Assembly: GCA_000934665.2 (NCBI GenBank)
Contig: KZ538354.1
Coordinates: forward strand, 1-64,000
Direction of reading: 5' to 3'
DNA from: Catajapyx aquilonaris
Lineage: Eukaryota
DNA: 64,000 nucleotides
Numbering within the stretch: position 1 is the first letter of the stretch; every line of letters begins with the position of its first letter. Made by a program: the position numbers and the translations under genes. Below are positions 24,001-38,622 of this stretch, in pieces. The notes below the pieces were generated by a model, which made no database searches, was not told the DNA's origin, and worked only from the letters and a program-made list of their open reading frames with translations.

Positions 24001-27000
24001 ACGGTGACGAAAGACATGCTTCAGGAGGCTATAAGTTACGCCTTCTTCGAAGTGGTGACGTGCCCAAAATGTGGAAAGCTTTCTCTTAACAGCTCTTTTA
24101 CAACTGCTTAACATGGCGTGGACATAATGCTATATAATAAGAAAATGCGGGCTTGAACGTTTATATTTGCTAGTTCTTACAAGTGAATAAGTTGGTAATT
24201 AGAGAAAAAAAAACCGGGCTCCATTAAAAGGGGAACTGAGATGCCATAAACAACCCGCGAGAAACGTGCCTGGAAGTATGCATCAACAGGTGCTTAATTC
24301 ACGACAGATCAGGAAGTCGGAACATTAAAAAAAATAAAGATGAAAATTTTCCGCTCCGAGGCTCGAAAAAAAAAAAGTTTGAAAATTGCTGGAAAAATCT
24401 GCGGCCTTAACGCTTTCATCTCTGAAAGATTCTCAAAGCCAACTTTTTAAAAGGCAAAGATTGCAGAAACTTTTCCTCGGGCCAATTTCCATTACGGTTT
24501 TCTTCCGAAATATTCAATTCCCCCCTTATTCCCGAAAAAATTCGCGTGTTTGGTTGGGAATTCCGGGGGTGCATAATCCGAAATAATGAGGATCAGTGAC
24601 CTGCAGGAATGGTAGTCAAAGACAGCTGAAGCTGCAGATAATTTCCTGTCCTTAAAGGGGGGGCCTCGAAAGGAGCGGAGGGTAAATGGAGAAGGTCCTC
24701 GTTATAGGAGCCTCTGCTTCCCCAGTCCCTGTAGTATACCCTGGAGGAGCATCCCCGGTAATTAATCCCATTTTGGCTCCCCATGTGGGAATAAAGTAGA
24801 CCGCACGGGGGGAATTAGGACAGATAATGGGGTGAAGAACTACTAGGAGCTACTCACTATACGTCACGTCAAATTGAGAATTCTTTTTGCGCCACGAGAT
24901 ATGGTACATGAGTTGACTCTCAGAAAGTACCGGACAAATTTGCATGAGGAGAAGAAATCAATCTTATTCAAGCCGTTTACTATTTCATGCAATGGGATCG
25001 TTGCATTCGTCAAAACCCAGAGCAGTGACCGGGATGAACTGCCGACCTTTTGAATGGGAGGGAAAAAAATATATATTGGAGGCGCCATTTTCCGAGAGAG
25101 ATCAGTAAACTAGATGGAAGGAAAATCATACAAGGGAGAGAATAGGGAATCCACACGTGCAAGTCTCTGGGGCGACGTGAGACGAGGTCCGATTCGCTCT
25201 CGGATGTCGTGATCAGGGGACCTGTCATCCATAAACCTGCCTGGCTTCTGTCCACAAGGGATGTGTCGTTGACTTCCACAATTCCCCTGGGCGACTTCAC
25301 GGGGGTGAACAGACCGGAAAATTATAGCGAATCAAACTCTGTGTCAAGCTTGCTTTGAGACTCATGGGGGAACACCAACTCCGCTGACGTCCTCGGATGT
25401 TTTGGCAGCGTCATCTGATCTGGGATGACATGCCAGAAACTAATTCGGCGGACTTACGTGCTCTTAGGTGCGACTGGATGGACAGGGAAGTGTCAGAACT
25501 AATCGAAAATCTGGCGACTGACATGTCATATTTTGGCATATATAACAGTTTTCTGTCTAATGTTACTGGAAGCTAAATGGAATCAGTTGTTTCGAAAAGT
25601 CAATTGAACCAACAAAAAACTGGTCTTGCTCATTTACATCTTTGGTTTTGTTATTATTATTTTAGTGAATATTTCTCATTAACAGAGGAATATAATATCC
25701 CATAAGAACTCATAAGACATTTTCGAAACAACAGATTCTTTTGTTGCTTGTTTAGTGTTGGAGGCAATACAATAATGTCGTAAAAAACAGAAAAAACCCT
25801 GAAATGAACCACGCCCCATTTTGATTGGTGCTGTGGAGCGCAACAGATGTCCAGAGGTGATTGCCTGAAGGAATCCCCCGCAGCATCCAGAAGAGTGGTA
25901 AGATTGTAATGGGAAGGAGGAGGCTGAACCTCATGGGAGGAAAGAAACCAGGGGATGAGATGAAGGAAAAAAAAGGAAGCTGCGGAGTTGCCCGCCACGT
26001 GCATTAAGTGGATGGCGACGACTCTCTTCCTGGAATGGGGAAAGAGCACTGGCGGAGAATTACACTTCCATTTATATTCGTCGCCTTCACTTCCGCTGAT
26101 GGCGTCACCCAGAATCCAAGAAGCGGGGGAAAAGAGAAGAAGAAGAAGAAGAGGGAAGCGGGGAAAAATTCGGTCCGTCTTTTTTCACTCTTTTTCCTGG
26201 GCCGTGAAATGGTGCCTGCAATCCATCAGATCACAAATCACTCTCTGCAAGGAAAGGAAGAGAGAGAGAAAAACCCACGCTGAAGCTGAGCAAGTTTGAG
26301 TTGCTGGATGACAAGATATGCAAAGATTTCTCTCGGCAGGGGAAAGATGGTCGAGGAATTTCAGCGAAATTGTGCAAAGCCCGGGAGAGAAGCTCGGGTT
26401 TAAATGCGCAGTGTACAGGCAAACGAGGTATATATAGGAAAAGCCACGTGTTACTAAGCAACTGATGGTACGCTGAAAATGTTATACCTTGAAACGATGG
26501 TTCATTCTGCATAGTACAAGTTTACAAATTGAGCTATAACACTTACTATTTTATTAGATGAAAAGTAGAGGAAGACATTTTCTTTTGTCGTTTAAACTCT
26601 GCTCATTTTGCGTAGCCCATGCGGCAAACCACTTTAATTCCGGCAAGTAACACCTTGTGTAACAATCGCTTAACCGCTGAGTGCCAAGTTTCTCCGAGTG
26701 CTAGATTGAATCCTGTAAAAGAAAGAAAGTTGGTGGGGAGAGGAGAAAATGGGGGGGGGGGGGGAGAATCAATCGTCCCACTTTCCTGATTGCAGTTCAA
26801 GCCACTTTTCCCTGGGAATGGGAAAAGACGGGTCAGGAGGTTATCATGGGAGACAATTTAGTTTCTGGAAACAGCGAGTGTCGTTCCGGTCCCTTCTCTC
26901 GTCACGCAATCCCATATACATTTTCAACTGCCTTCCGCCCCGGCAAACCCCTTTCGAACTGGTGTCGCCCCTCCAAAAAAAAGAGAAGTATTTTGGCAGC

Positions 27001-28883
27001 CCTTTGAATCCCCAACGCCCCTAACGATGCTTGGGGATAACGAGAAATGCAAATATGCCACGCTGGGGGGAAAACGGGTCACTTTTTGGCCTAATCTGTC
27101 CTTTCTGCAAGTACGGAAACGTGATCATAGTTGCTGGACTCTGCACCCAGCCTCCTCTTCTATTCAATGGACCACCCAGGCGTGGCTTAAACCAACCCCA
27201 CCGTCGTCGGCACGTTTGACTGGACCCCTGCAGATATAATGAATTCGGAGGGAACTACACACAAGACCGGATGCTGGGTCCTATCCGGGGGTCCCTTTTG
27301 AAGGAGCCCCTGACCAGACGCATTATTGGGAAATTCCGGATGTTCGCCCAGACGGACCTTCCCAGCAAATGACGTTTTTGGCCATTTCGACTCTCTTTAT
27401 TTTGGCACGTGTGGATATACTGTAAGGAGTGACCCTTGAACGTTGACGTGGGTAGTACACAAACCTGATATTTTGCACCTGCAGTAGCCTGGAAGAGGTC
27501 ATCCACGTGGATACAAGAAATACGAAAATATATTTTTCCGAGAGGCTCCATGACGCAAGAAGGGGGTCACCCGTGCGTCGCATTTTAGAAGCCGTACAAT
27601 TCTCGTTATCCGATAATCAATCCGAAAAGCTGTTACATACATTTCGTGCTATATATAGATCTTAACAACAACGAAACTTCGGAAAATTTTAAGGTATCTT
27701 GTTATTTAATACCACTGGAGAGTGTAGCTGTATGGCCATTAATCAGCTTTTGAGGGTTTTTTTTCTGCGCATAATTTTTTTTCCTCTCCGTACCTTGGGG
27801 GCTTGCTCTTAGTGGGTTCCCTCTTCAAAGTGTCTTTTTTTTCCAGCCCGCAGCCAGCAGCTTCCAGCTCCAGATGCTCCCATTCGCTAAATAAATCTGA
27901 AGAGTTGACTGAGTGGGAGGGAGAACATTGGAAACTTCTTGAAATAATGGTGATGGATGTAAAGGGGATGGAATGAATGAATAATGAAAAATGTGCGTTG
28001 CATGAAAGTGCGCTGTGTTTTTTTTGGGTGGGCCAGAAATGAATATGACGGGGGAAATTATGAATGCCCTCCTCCATTTTGCCCATTTTTACTTTTGTAG
28101 ATGTTGTATATTCATAAAGGGAGACAAAAGGTTTGCTTTCAACTGCAATTGTGAGCTTTAACACAGAGCCTTCTCCCGGTTCATAAATCACATTGTGAGT
28201 TTTCCACTCCGATGATAATTATGCGCGAGAATTTTTTAAAAAAATATGCACAGAGAGGCAAGAACAGTTAGTGTGTGCTGGGCATTATTAGCAATCCTAA
28301 TTTGAGGAGAGACTTACAGACGCAAGGAGGATCAGGCTGTTGGAGAAGGCTTACTGTGAGTCTGTCTCGCAGAAAGACAAAGTGATGGACACATCTGGAT
28401 TGGAATGAATTAGGCCTTGGCTTGCGTCTCTTAATCAGAGGCAACATTTTTGCACCGGCGAATCCCGCAGGATTTATTCCGCTCGTTTGCGAAAAAAACC
28501 AGGCTTGATTTTTCAAAGGGGGCCCAGACAAATAGTGTTGTCCGCTTGGTCTGTCACTGTCGAAAAAGCGTTTTACTAGCTCTGCATGTTTAATTAGTAC
28601 ATCCGAGCCCACTCTGTAATACGTCGTATTAAAGTAAATAGCATTTGATGCAGTAACAGGCAGCGTGGGTGTTTGCAAAGCGACATTGCTGTACAGCCTA
28701 CACGTTGGGTTGCCTTCTGAATGATTGGATACGCAAACCATTTAATTATTGAAGTCATTCGGAATCAGAGTACATATAGTGGAAATTGATTTTTGAGATC
28801 GCATTTCCAAATAATTAGGGACAAGTTAGTTTCTGTTCCATTACATCTATTAAGGCAAATATCGAATCGCAATGGCCCATTTC

Positions 28884-29080
28884 TACAGTAAGGAGGAAAA
28901 GTATTCAACGCATGTCTCGTATATATACGGGCAGGTTCAATAAGGTACTGAATGTACCACAGGCATGATTAGCTCATCTGAATAAGCGCACGACTGCCTA
29001 TTATTCAGACGTACCTTTTGTAAATGTGGCACATTTTAATAATACAGCCAAAAAGGACCTATTGAATACTTGCCTTCTTG
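28884..29080. mobile_element. Degenerate fold-back (palindromic) MITE relic, Tc1-like end
   Basis: Nested inverted pairs: TCTGAATAA 28977-28985 / TTATTCAGA 29001-29009 (perfect); AATGTACCACA 28951-28961 / TGTGGCACATT 29025-29035 (10/11); GGCAGGTTCAATAAGGT ~28930 / ACCTATTGAATACTTGCC 29057-29074. The left end reads TA|CAGTAAGGAGGAAAAGTATTCAA. Confidence 0.55.
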
Positions 29081-32000
29081 TGGTCAAATATTGAGATCAA
29101 ATATCTGGAGTAATTTACTACTTGGATCATTCATTCCTGCTCGGAAAAATCATGCGTAACTTAGAATTAAAAATAGCTTACACATTTTACTCCGATGCTT
29201 ATATACCAAGTTATATACAGTATAATGTGGACGGCCCTGCAGTAATTTATTATAACGATATGAAATGTGCTGCAACTTTCATGACCGCCAAGAAATTTCA
29301 GTCTTGCGTGTAAAATTATTGTTCTGGCTCTTCTCCAATAATTCCAAGTGGGAAATGCGACTTTTTCGTAACGAGCTCTGTAATGTAACTTTTTTTTCTG
29401 TCTCACTGGCAATCAACTGTCAATGGATTCAGCATCCTTTCCTGCTGCAAAGTCGTTACTTTCTGCATAACTCTGGGAACATGATTATAGACGAACGCAT
29501 TACAAAAAAAAGTACTTGCTTATGAAAAAGAGAGCATATTCAGCTCCTTTCGTGCGCATCTCTGAAAGTTTCAGTAATGCACCATTGCAAATTCTTTCTG
29601 AGGTAAAAGACCTTTTCTAAGCCTCACGTGATGGCTCTCCACAGCTTTCACCTGCATGCAAAAAGTATCAAGCTTGAGCAGCATCTGGCAGTAACGATCC
29701 CCTCTGCACGTGGGCTCATCTAGACTATGCATGAAGTAGTGTGGGGTTGAACAGCTTCTGTGTGTCCTCTATAGTGAGCATGGTGCTGCAATCGCATCGA
29801 AAACCTTCCAACCCCAGTTCCCTCACCCAATTTGGGCTGCACACTAGGGATCCACAGAGCGAGTCAAGAAGACACTTGAAACTCTTTTTTTTTCCAAGCA
29901 CATTTTCAAGAGCTGCGTACCTAACTTTAATAACAGGTAGATTCGAGTATGCCCTTTACTTTCTCCGTGCTTAAGAAGGAAAGCAGTGAAAAGTTAGTAT
30001 GATTATTTGTGGGGGTGTCCCATAATTGTGTCACGAATTGCTGGGGAAATTTTGTGGATAGCTAAGGGCTTTTGTTATGCCCAGTTGCAACCGTGCTAAA
30101 CAACGGTTGATTTAGTTCGGACCCGAAGAGTTTCCTTTCTGATCTCTCATGTTTACTTTCGGTGTAGGCAATGTTTGACAGGCCAGCAGTTGCGAAAGTG
30201 GGCTCCTCAGCAGATTTGTCCAAATATTTATCGGCAAGGCTTGCTAAATGGACTAATGATTATAGCTAGGAAGAGTGGTATGTAAAAAAAAGAGTCTTTT
30301 GTTAAGGGGAGTGGAATGCTCACAAAGCTCACAACTTCCCTAATTAACATGGCTCATCCTCTAAATGTCAAAGTGTAAAAGAAAAACATGTTAGCAGAAC
30401 CGGCACAACAGTAATTTAATTCCGACCCGATATTCATTCCACGATTTCCGTAATTGCACCAATAAGAAGATATGCCATTAGCGTTAAAATCTCCGACTGT
30501 AAACATGCTCAGAAACAATGAGATTTAAGAAAGAGACGAAATTGAAGTTTAGAGATGGAAAAAGCGGGATACAAAAAATGAAGCGGAATCAATACTTTAG
30601 TCTACAAAGGAAGTTTTTGTGTGTGTGTGTGTTGAAGAAGAAGCCTGCTTTCAAGCCAATGAATCCAAAGAGCATCTGGAAACACGGTTTCCATCACTGA
30701 TCACTTGGCAATCTCTGGCTTTTGTGCTCGTCAAGCGTGATGAATTTTCTAGACAGTTTTTTGGGACGCAGAACTTTTTAGTTGAGGTTTGAGAGTTTGC
30801 CTGATTAAAACAGTGCAGTTTTACATCGGGCGAGATTCAAATAAATGGACTTATTTCGCCCTTATTTCAGATTAGACCTCCCCCTCCCCCCTTTTTGCTC
30901 TAATGAGCCATAAATTATGCGGAGTGTAAGCTGTCTTTTATAGGACTGAGCTTATTATCAGGCAGCAATTAGGAGCATCTGGCTCAAAGTGGCCGTGGAA
31001 AACAGGTAGGATTACTCTTGTCGTGAACCGAGCCAGAAAATGACAAGTAGGGAAATCACAGATAACAACATCTCATGGGATGAGGGTGGGGAAAAAAGAG
31101 AAGCAGGCCAGGAGCTGTCTAATGCCGTAGTTTTTGCGGGGGAAAGTTTTGTGACGAGTTGTCAAGCTAAGGTTTGGGTCATAAAAATGTGGGATTAAAG
31201 TGTGCTGTGCAAAATCTTCAGTGGTCGTATTTCCTGGTTCGGTTCCACATTCTGGAGCCCCGACATTTAAGATCCGCGGAATCAGGCGCATTAAATTGTT
31301 CCTTCTGGAAAGACGCCTCTTTGTGACATCACTGATCCAAACTGGCTGCCTTCCCACGCAATAAAACCTCGTGGTGTGAGTATACCTTGACACTCTCTGA
31401 AAGCTCAGGCGGACAACTAAAGCCAAGTCGCAAAGTTTACGTGCTATCAACTTTGGGAAGGTTCGCTGCTCCATGGCGTCTGCTCCATTGAAAATTTTCG
31501 GCAGCACAATTTCAAGGGAAAGCCAGCAGTTGAAAGACGGTCGCTCGAGCTTATTTAATTTGGCTAATATTGTCTGTCTTGCTCTCAAAGAGGAAGCGGG
31601 GGACTATGTTCAAATTCAATCACATGCTGCCCTCCTCCTCCTCCTTATTCTTGCTCGACATCCCTCAGTATAAAAAAGAAACCACAAAAATGCGGGAAGC
31701 AGCCTACCAGTCCCTCGAAAATAAAGGATCGATCCAAACTCTCCCTTCAAAAATGCAGATCTACATATTATTAAAACACGAACGCCGTTTGTGGCTGTAT
31801 CGTCCTGCAATGTTTTTTTTTGCATGTGAAAAAAGCGCGCTTTTTTGTTGGTTCTCTTTTACTAAAACATCTGCCACGGCCATTCTTTCATGTTTTAAAT
31901 ATTGGTTTTCCTGTTCCCCTTCCGGGTATGGGTTGATAAAGCAGGGCTGGAGAGGTTTTAAAATTAAGCTCCAGAGTTGTTTCGCGTGCATTGTAGTCCA

Positions 32001-34212
32001 CTGCTGAATAGTTCACCTGCAGTGATATTATTTGCACGTAAGGTTGCGGCGAGGTTAAATGAATAAAAAAAAACGAGACAATAATAGCTGAAGAAACGCT
32101 CAATTTCTAAGGCGACTATCAGTCTGTTAGGAGTCGGTGGGCAAACATTGCGCGGTCTGTCGCTGTCACCGCGTCCTTTTATTACGAAATGAGCACTTGT
32201 GCTTGCTCACACGTCAAGGAGACCAGAAGAGCGCTCTGTCATGCTCGTTCGTCTGTCAAGTTCCCGAAGAGCAAACACGTCTTCACCGCATGCGAAATAA
32301 ACGCACCAGCAGCCTTAGTCGAAATCGGAGGAAGGAAAACCCTATGGGTTATATACTATAAAGGGAAGCGAAGTTCTATTAGCAGAAAAGCAACGTCATC
32401 GATCGCCTTGCGTCGGTGATAAATTCATGCCTGACGCGACTGCTGCGATGCGATAACGCATCCTTGGATAAATATTGGGCCACGAACGCCTTTTTTTTGG
32501 TCTGACCCGAACGAAAACGAGAAAAGAAGGGGGCCAAATCGATGTTTATTTCGGAATTCATAAACAAGCAGGACAGACACTTCTATAGAGAGGAGCTGGA
32601 TTCGCAAAAATAATTCTGCCAAGTCGTCATACATTTCGTTTTCATTTTATGACTGTTGCTATATAGCAAGAGTATAATATGAGACCCTGCTCCTATTCAG
32701 TGTATTAACTTTGCAGCATTCAACTGCACTCTGCAAATCACCTCGTTTTGCAGGCAGACCTTAATCACTTGCCAGGACTCAGACATCTACGTGCAAGCCT
32801 TTCCACAGAGAGAGAGAGAGAGAGAAAAAAAAACTGGCTACTATAATTTGAGTCTGTTTCTGTCTTTGATGTAAGTGCGTCGTTTACTTGATTGACGTTC
32901 TCTGAAAAGGTGTTTGTGTCGCTTTGGTGCGGTTTAGATCCCCCGGAGAGCCATCTCAGTGCACCACAAACACTACATATACATGCACAGTCGGAAACCA
33001 CATCAAAATAATACTGCGCGACACAGTAGTAGGGTGAAGCACTTTAAGTCGTAGTCAACAACAATGCGCCAACGTTTTTAAACGTCTATGTCAGCATGTG
33101 ACTAGGGTGAGTCTCGAGCAATCCTGCAGCTGTGCTAAATGAGAAATGTATCGATTCATGTTCTTCCTTTGCCTTCATATATTTTTGCAGGTCACAAAAC
33201 TGGTGGAATTCGAGCTCGGAATATTGAGAAAATGAGTCCGATTGAATTGCTGAGCAGAAGCAGCGGGGTTATTTTCACTGTCGGCGTATCTGGACGATGG
33301 TCATTCATGCGCGATAACCGACTAATTGACATCCTTTCCGTTTGACAAAAAAAAATCCAGTCACACCCGAACGAGCAATCTCTACACGCCGAGTGCTTTG
33401 GAACATGTAATTAAAAATCACATGCATACTTGCATTCTCAAATTGCACCGCGTTTTGGTTGCTCACAAAAATGCAGCGGCGTTTGATTTTGATGCCCCAA
33501 AAAATGTGAACAACTCTTGACGAACCGTCCAATCGACGTTTGGTCATTTGAGGCGATAAATAAAGCTCTTTGAATTTCACTGGTTTAATGTTTGCTGCTG
33601 TTGTGACAAATTAGGCGATAGAAATGTCTGCAATGACACATACTTTTATTGATGTCATACAGTTACCGAGTGACGTAACAGGAGATTTCTTCCTAAAATA
33701 TGGCAATCAATGTCATATTGCCTTTCAAATAGGAACCGCTGCATCATTGTAATTGTTTTTACCTGCACATTTCCCCCTACAAATAATTGCATCCCAATAC
33801 CCGAGCGTGACCACTGGTGTCATTTGTGATTCCCCCCAAAAAATGGAAACAAATGATGCCAGTACACAAACGCAATTATTCCGATAAACTTATTACGAGT
33901 TGGAAGGCGGACGATATTGAATGATGAAAAAAAATAGGCAAACAGCAAGTGTCGGTGGTACGCCGCAATATGTTTGTACAGAGGCGTGTCGAACCGTGTC
34001 TGTGGCCACAGGCGACTATCGGATGGCTGGCCACGTCCCTGCCAAATTGAGAAATGATTTGATATGTGTCCCCATGTTTGAAACATCCGTCAATTTCGGT
34101 GCTTTTGCAACGCGAACCGTTTTGTGCAGCGCATTTTTCACGGCCGTGTAACCCGATTTGGCGACAATAAATCTAATTGTGGCGAAGGAACGATCAATAA
34201 ATCTTCCGGCCA

Positions 34213-34236
34213 CCCCCCCCCNCCCCCCCCCCCCCC
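34213..34236. repeat. Poly-C tract with one ambiguous base
   Basis: C homopolymer with an N at 34222. Confidence 0.9.
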
Positions 34237-37200
34237 ACCTATTTCCCCCATCTAAAAAAAAAAGTTTGGTCGACGCAGTTTATAGTGCTGGTTATAAACA
34301 TAATAAGAGAGCGACTGTTTTTATAGGACATTTTCAGTGTTGATGCTCATTCGCAATATTCTGTGCACTTTTTTTTGCAATTCTGAATAATGCAGTGCGG
34401 TTTGAAGAAAAATGCTCTGATTATCTCAGCGTATTTTGACAGTTATTGTTACTCACTTGGATAATGTTCTCATGGTACCGGCTGGCTTTGATGTTTTTTT
34501 TCACTGATATCACTCGGTGTAACCGTCACTCAGCTTAACATATCTGAGAGGGTGTATACTTCTCTCTCAGTACTCTTGAAATAATAACAACCATTCGATG
34601 TTGCGATGGATATTGTTGTAGCGGTGTTAATATGTGCTAATATGACAATTTGTAAGCATTTATTGAAGTAATTGGTTTTAAATTTTGCTCTACATGTTCG
34701 TGGTTGGAGAGCCGGAAATTTCCTGGTAATAAACATATGATGAATCACTGAATTTATTACATATGCATGGCTATTTGCTACAACTATTAATATCATGATG
34801 TATTGGAGCAGTTGGGATGGCTTAATCATCCAGCATTAACCGTCCTGCTGGGTCAGAATTATGTGTTCATGACCATACATGACAACTTCGGTGCCATATC
34901 CTAACAGTGTCCATAGAATCGTTTTTGAAACTCCAGAGGCTCCCTCTGTCTTTTGTATGATATGAAAAGGCATCAAATCCTGTGAGACACGGACCTGAAT
35001 GACCGTCAGCCATAGCAGCTCCAGCGTTATTTTTTTTTCATCTGAACCTCCCCGTTTCTACCCTTGTGTCAATGGACATAATTATCTCCACAAAGCTCAT
35101 TAGAGTGGCAAATGTTTGCCTTCAGATGAAAGCAAGTGCGGTGGCACATACCACCCAAGCCAAGCTCCAAGTCACTTCCAGGATTCTCTTAGTTCAAAAT
35201 GTTAGTGCGCGTTAACGACTGAGTGTATTAAGTGCAAGATAACAGTAGATGGCTACTCTCTCTCTCTCTCTGGTGCGATAATTTGGTGGCAGGTCCGGTG
35301 TAATGGCGCCTACTAATGGCAGGAGATAGAGGGCGACGTTTATGTCTCTCCGACCAAGTGTGATCGATGGTGCATTTGTGGTTTTGCAGGGAGGTTGTCT
35401 GACCCGAAATTATTGTGTTTTTTTTCGACCCTTCGCACCATTTGGGAGATCCTGATGGGACTAATGGCAGAGGTCATGCTGCCCCCATCTACACTCACAC
35501 AGATAATTATGATTAATTACTACTCAAAATATGCAAGGTACTCACTATGCGGGGAGGACTGTTCATTCCCAAAGCAGAAAATAATGAGCTCGTTGAAATA
35601 GTTGGAATTGGTTGGATAAAAGTGTTGTTTCTAAATGCACATATGGTGATTCAATTACATTTTAGTTGTGGAAAGAAAGATGCAATCGGTGCACTTTGCC
35701 GAGTTACGCACGAACGTGAGGTGCTTAGTAATACAGTACATGCCCTCACCTCTCGGTTGCTTTACCGACAACAAAGTTGCACCGGAAGTAAATTTAATGC
35801 CAATATTACTAATGAGCCGAGTCAGCACAAAAACTTTTCTCCCCGTGTTCTTACCGTGACTCAACTCGAAACAAGGCTCGGGGGAAACTCGGTCGGAATC
35901 CAGAAGCAGCCCCTCGGCATTGTAATTACTGACTTTTGAAGTGTAATACCAAATCATGTTATACAACTCTGTAATTTCTCTCCCTTACCTTTAAAGCCAA
36001 ATGTTACATCACATGTCCACAGACTCATAATTCTAGGCACAACCTGGTTCTAAGTGACATCACTTCTGTGGAAATGGCTGATTCCGCTCTGGAATACTTG
36101 TGATTTTCCAGATTGAAATTGGACATGATCTGCATTACAATTCCGCTCTCTATTGCTCGTTTTTTACTCGTTTTCACTCACACAATTGACAATTTATCTG
36201 CAGTAATCCGGACATTTTATGCAGCATCGAACTTTTTTTTCCTCCGGAGTGCCTTTCCATTTTGATCTGGATCTGACACAAATTCAGCAGTAATGTCCCC
36301 CTTCAGTATATAAGGTTGTTATTGTCCGTGAAACGAGCTACCAATATTGTTCCAAGGGGTTGTTTTTCTTTCCCCTCCCCCCTCTCTCTCTTTATTTCCC
36401 ATTCTCCTTTTGTTGGGTGAAACCTCGCCTTGACGTTGGGCACGCTTCGTGTCCATTGGGTTGGCACTTGCAAACAGGATATTGTCGTTTCTCTACCCTC
36501 CCTCCCTTGGACCCCGGAGCTTTATTGCCTCTCTGATAGATGAGGGGTGAAAAAAGAGAAGGAGATGAAGTGCTTCCAAGTGCAAGGCCACTCAATGAGG
36601 TCTCGTTTGGGAAGGTAATGTCGCACGAGAGGAAATGTCCGCTTCCTGCCACAGCTTTATATCGCTCTGGCTCTTTTTTTTCACTCTCACTTCCCCCCTT
36701 TTTTTCCTTTTGCAAAAGATATAGTACCGCCTTCAAGGGGACATGTTTATGACGCCTGAACCTACCAACATCTTATCGGACGTGCCGTTGAATTCTGAAT
36801 AAAAGTGATTCGCTTTCCTCTGGGAGCGAGGGTGTCGTAAAATTCGATAGGCTTTTGGCTCATTTTCTGCCTACTGTATATTACAATGTCCCGAGCGTGC
36901 AGTGACATGTTTATTGCAGACCTGTAGTAAAACCTAGGCACAACAAGTTGCTGGGAAGGTGCTCGGAGCAGCAGTGTTCTCAAAAGCTTTTCCTGTCATA
37001 GTGTGCCATCAGCAGGAACCAAACTTCGCGAAATGTGAGGACGCTTTATATTCAGCTCTGCCTTGCCGCATGTCTCGACCACTTGCGGTTGTTCCGAGTT
37101 ATGAAGCAGCGCTACAGGTAATTTCCGCAAAAAAATATGTATAGACAAAATCTCTGGTACGGATTAGCAATTTAACCACATTTAAGCTCTAAAATTTGCA

Positions 37201-38537
37201 ACAAAGTTTCTCCAAGGACGTAGCCTATATCTTTCTTGGAAATTGACTCACAATCGGATTCTGCTTATCCTGCAATTTTATTCAGCACAATGAACGTACG
37301 TAGATGCGAATTATGACCGCAATTTTCATTACTGTTCATTCTGAGCACAGCTATTGAATCGTCTTCTTTTGCATTGCAGAACAGCATGCATGCAAAGGGA
37401 ATGATGCTCAATTGCTTCATTTCGTGCACTTGGAATTGCCCATTATGTTGCAGGATCTCTGGAAATTACGTAAGTCTTGATTCCACAGAGAGGCTTTCAT
37501 GCTGTGCAAAACCAATACAACTAATTAGCATAACTGCAGACTTACTGTACAAGAACGACGCAATTTCAAGATATCGGCTTCACGACAGTGTTTTGTAAAA
37601 GGACGAACTATATAGTTCAATCGGTTTAAAATGGGGCTATATAACCCGTGCAGTAGAAGCCAAAAAGGAGGTTTTAGGAGACAGTATCTTACTTCCGAAA
37701 TTCGAAACCCGACCTTCATTTGGGAGAGTCCAGGTCGTTACATGAAGGCAATATACTCCGGTATTGGAAGGCATTATAGATTTAAGATGCACGTGACTAT
37801 GTCGGAGGATATTGGAGATGAAAGTTTACTTTTGGGTTTCTGGAGAGAGGATATAGAAGCAAGGAAGGAGTTTGCTCTCTCTTGGAAGGTGATGCTGCGG
37901 AGGTAACACTATCCTACCTCGTTATGAATCCAGAGTGGAATTATGGACATGATTATTAAGCAGATCCTTCAGATAAATTGGTCATTAGAATGCGCCCAGT
38001 TTAAATTATCGGATTACTATAAGTACATACGAAGATGTCTGACAACATTGATAGGATCAGCAATCAGCTAATTAAAAAATTGAACATCTGATATGCTTAT
38101 TTTTGCAGTAACATTTTTGGCAACAAGAAATGCTATTGTGCCCCCAGCTGCAAAATAACCACTAATTTCGCCGAGACCGACAAAATTACAGCCATGTTCA
38201 AATGGAAAATTTTGCAAGGATTCATATTTCACCTACTCGTGACAACTACATGCGGTCCGAAATGCTGCTACACACACCCTGAAAAATCTCTCTCTCTCTC
38301 TCCCCCAAAAAACAGCTGCAACCAACCTCCCAGTAGATTCAAAACCAGAAGGTGAAATTTGCGCAAATTTTGACATTTCGAGCCAGTGCAGTGCCGCACG
38401 TGTCAGATCCATTCCCAGCAGAGGGAACGGAGAGAGACTTTGAGCCTTTGCTTAAACGGATCGGTTTTGGAAGCAGCCACAAGTGAAATCAATCCTGGAA
38501 ACACCTTGTGTAGACCGGAGGGTTTATCTGGTTGCCA

Positions 38538-38622
38538 TACAGGGTGTGTCATCATGATTTGTTGGGGGCGTCTGTCCAGGAGTTTATTCCTAGAAGTTTC
38601 ATCGTTTATGAATCACCCTGTG
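38538..38622. mobile_element. Very short (81 bp) Tc1/mariner-type MITE
   Basis: TA|CAGGGTGTGTCAT (38540-38552) ... ATGAATCACCCTG|TG (38608-38620). The ends are 11/13 complementary, with TA on the left flank and TG on the right. Confidence 0.55.
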
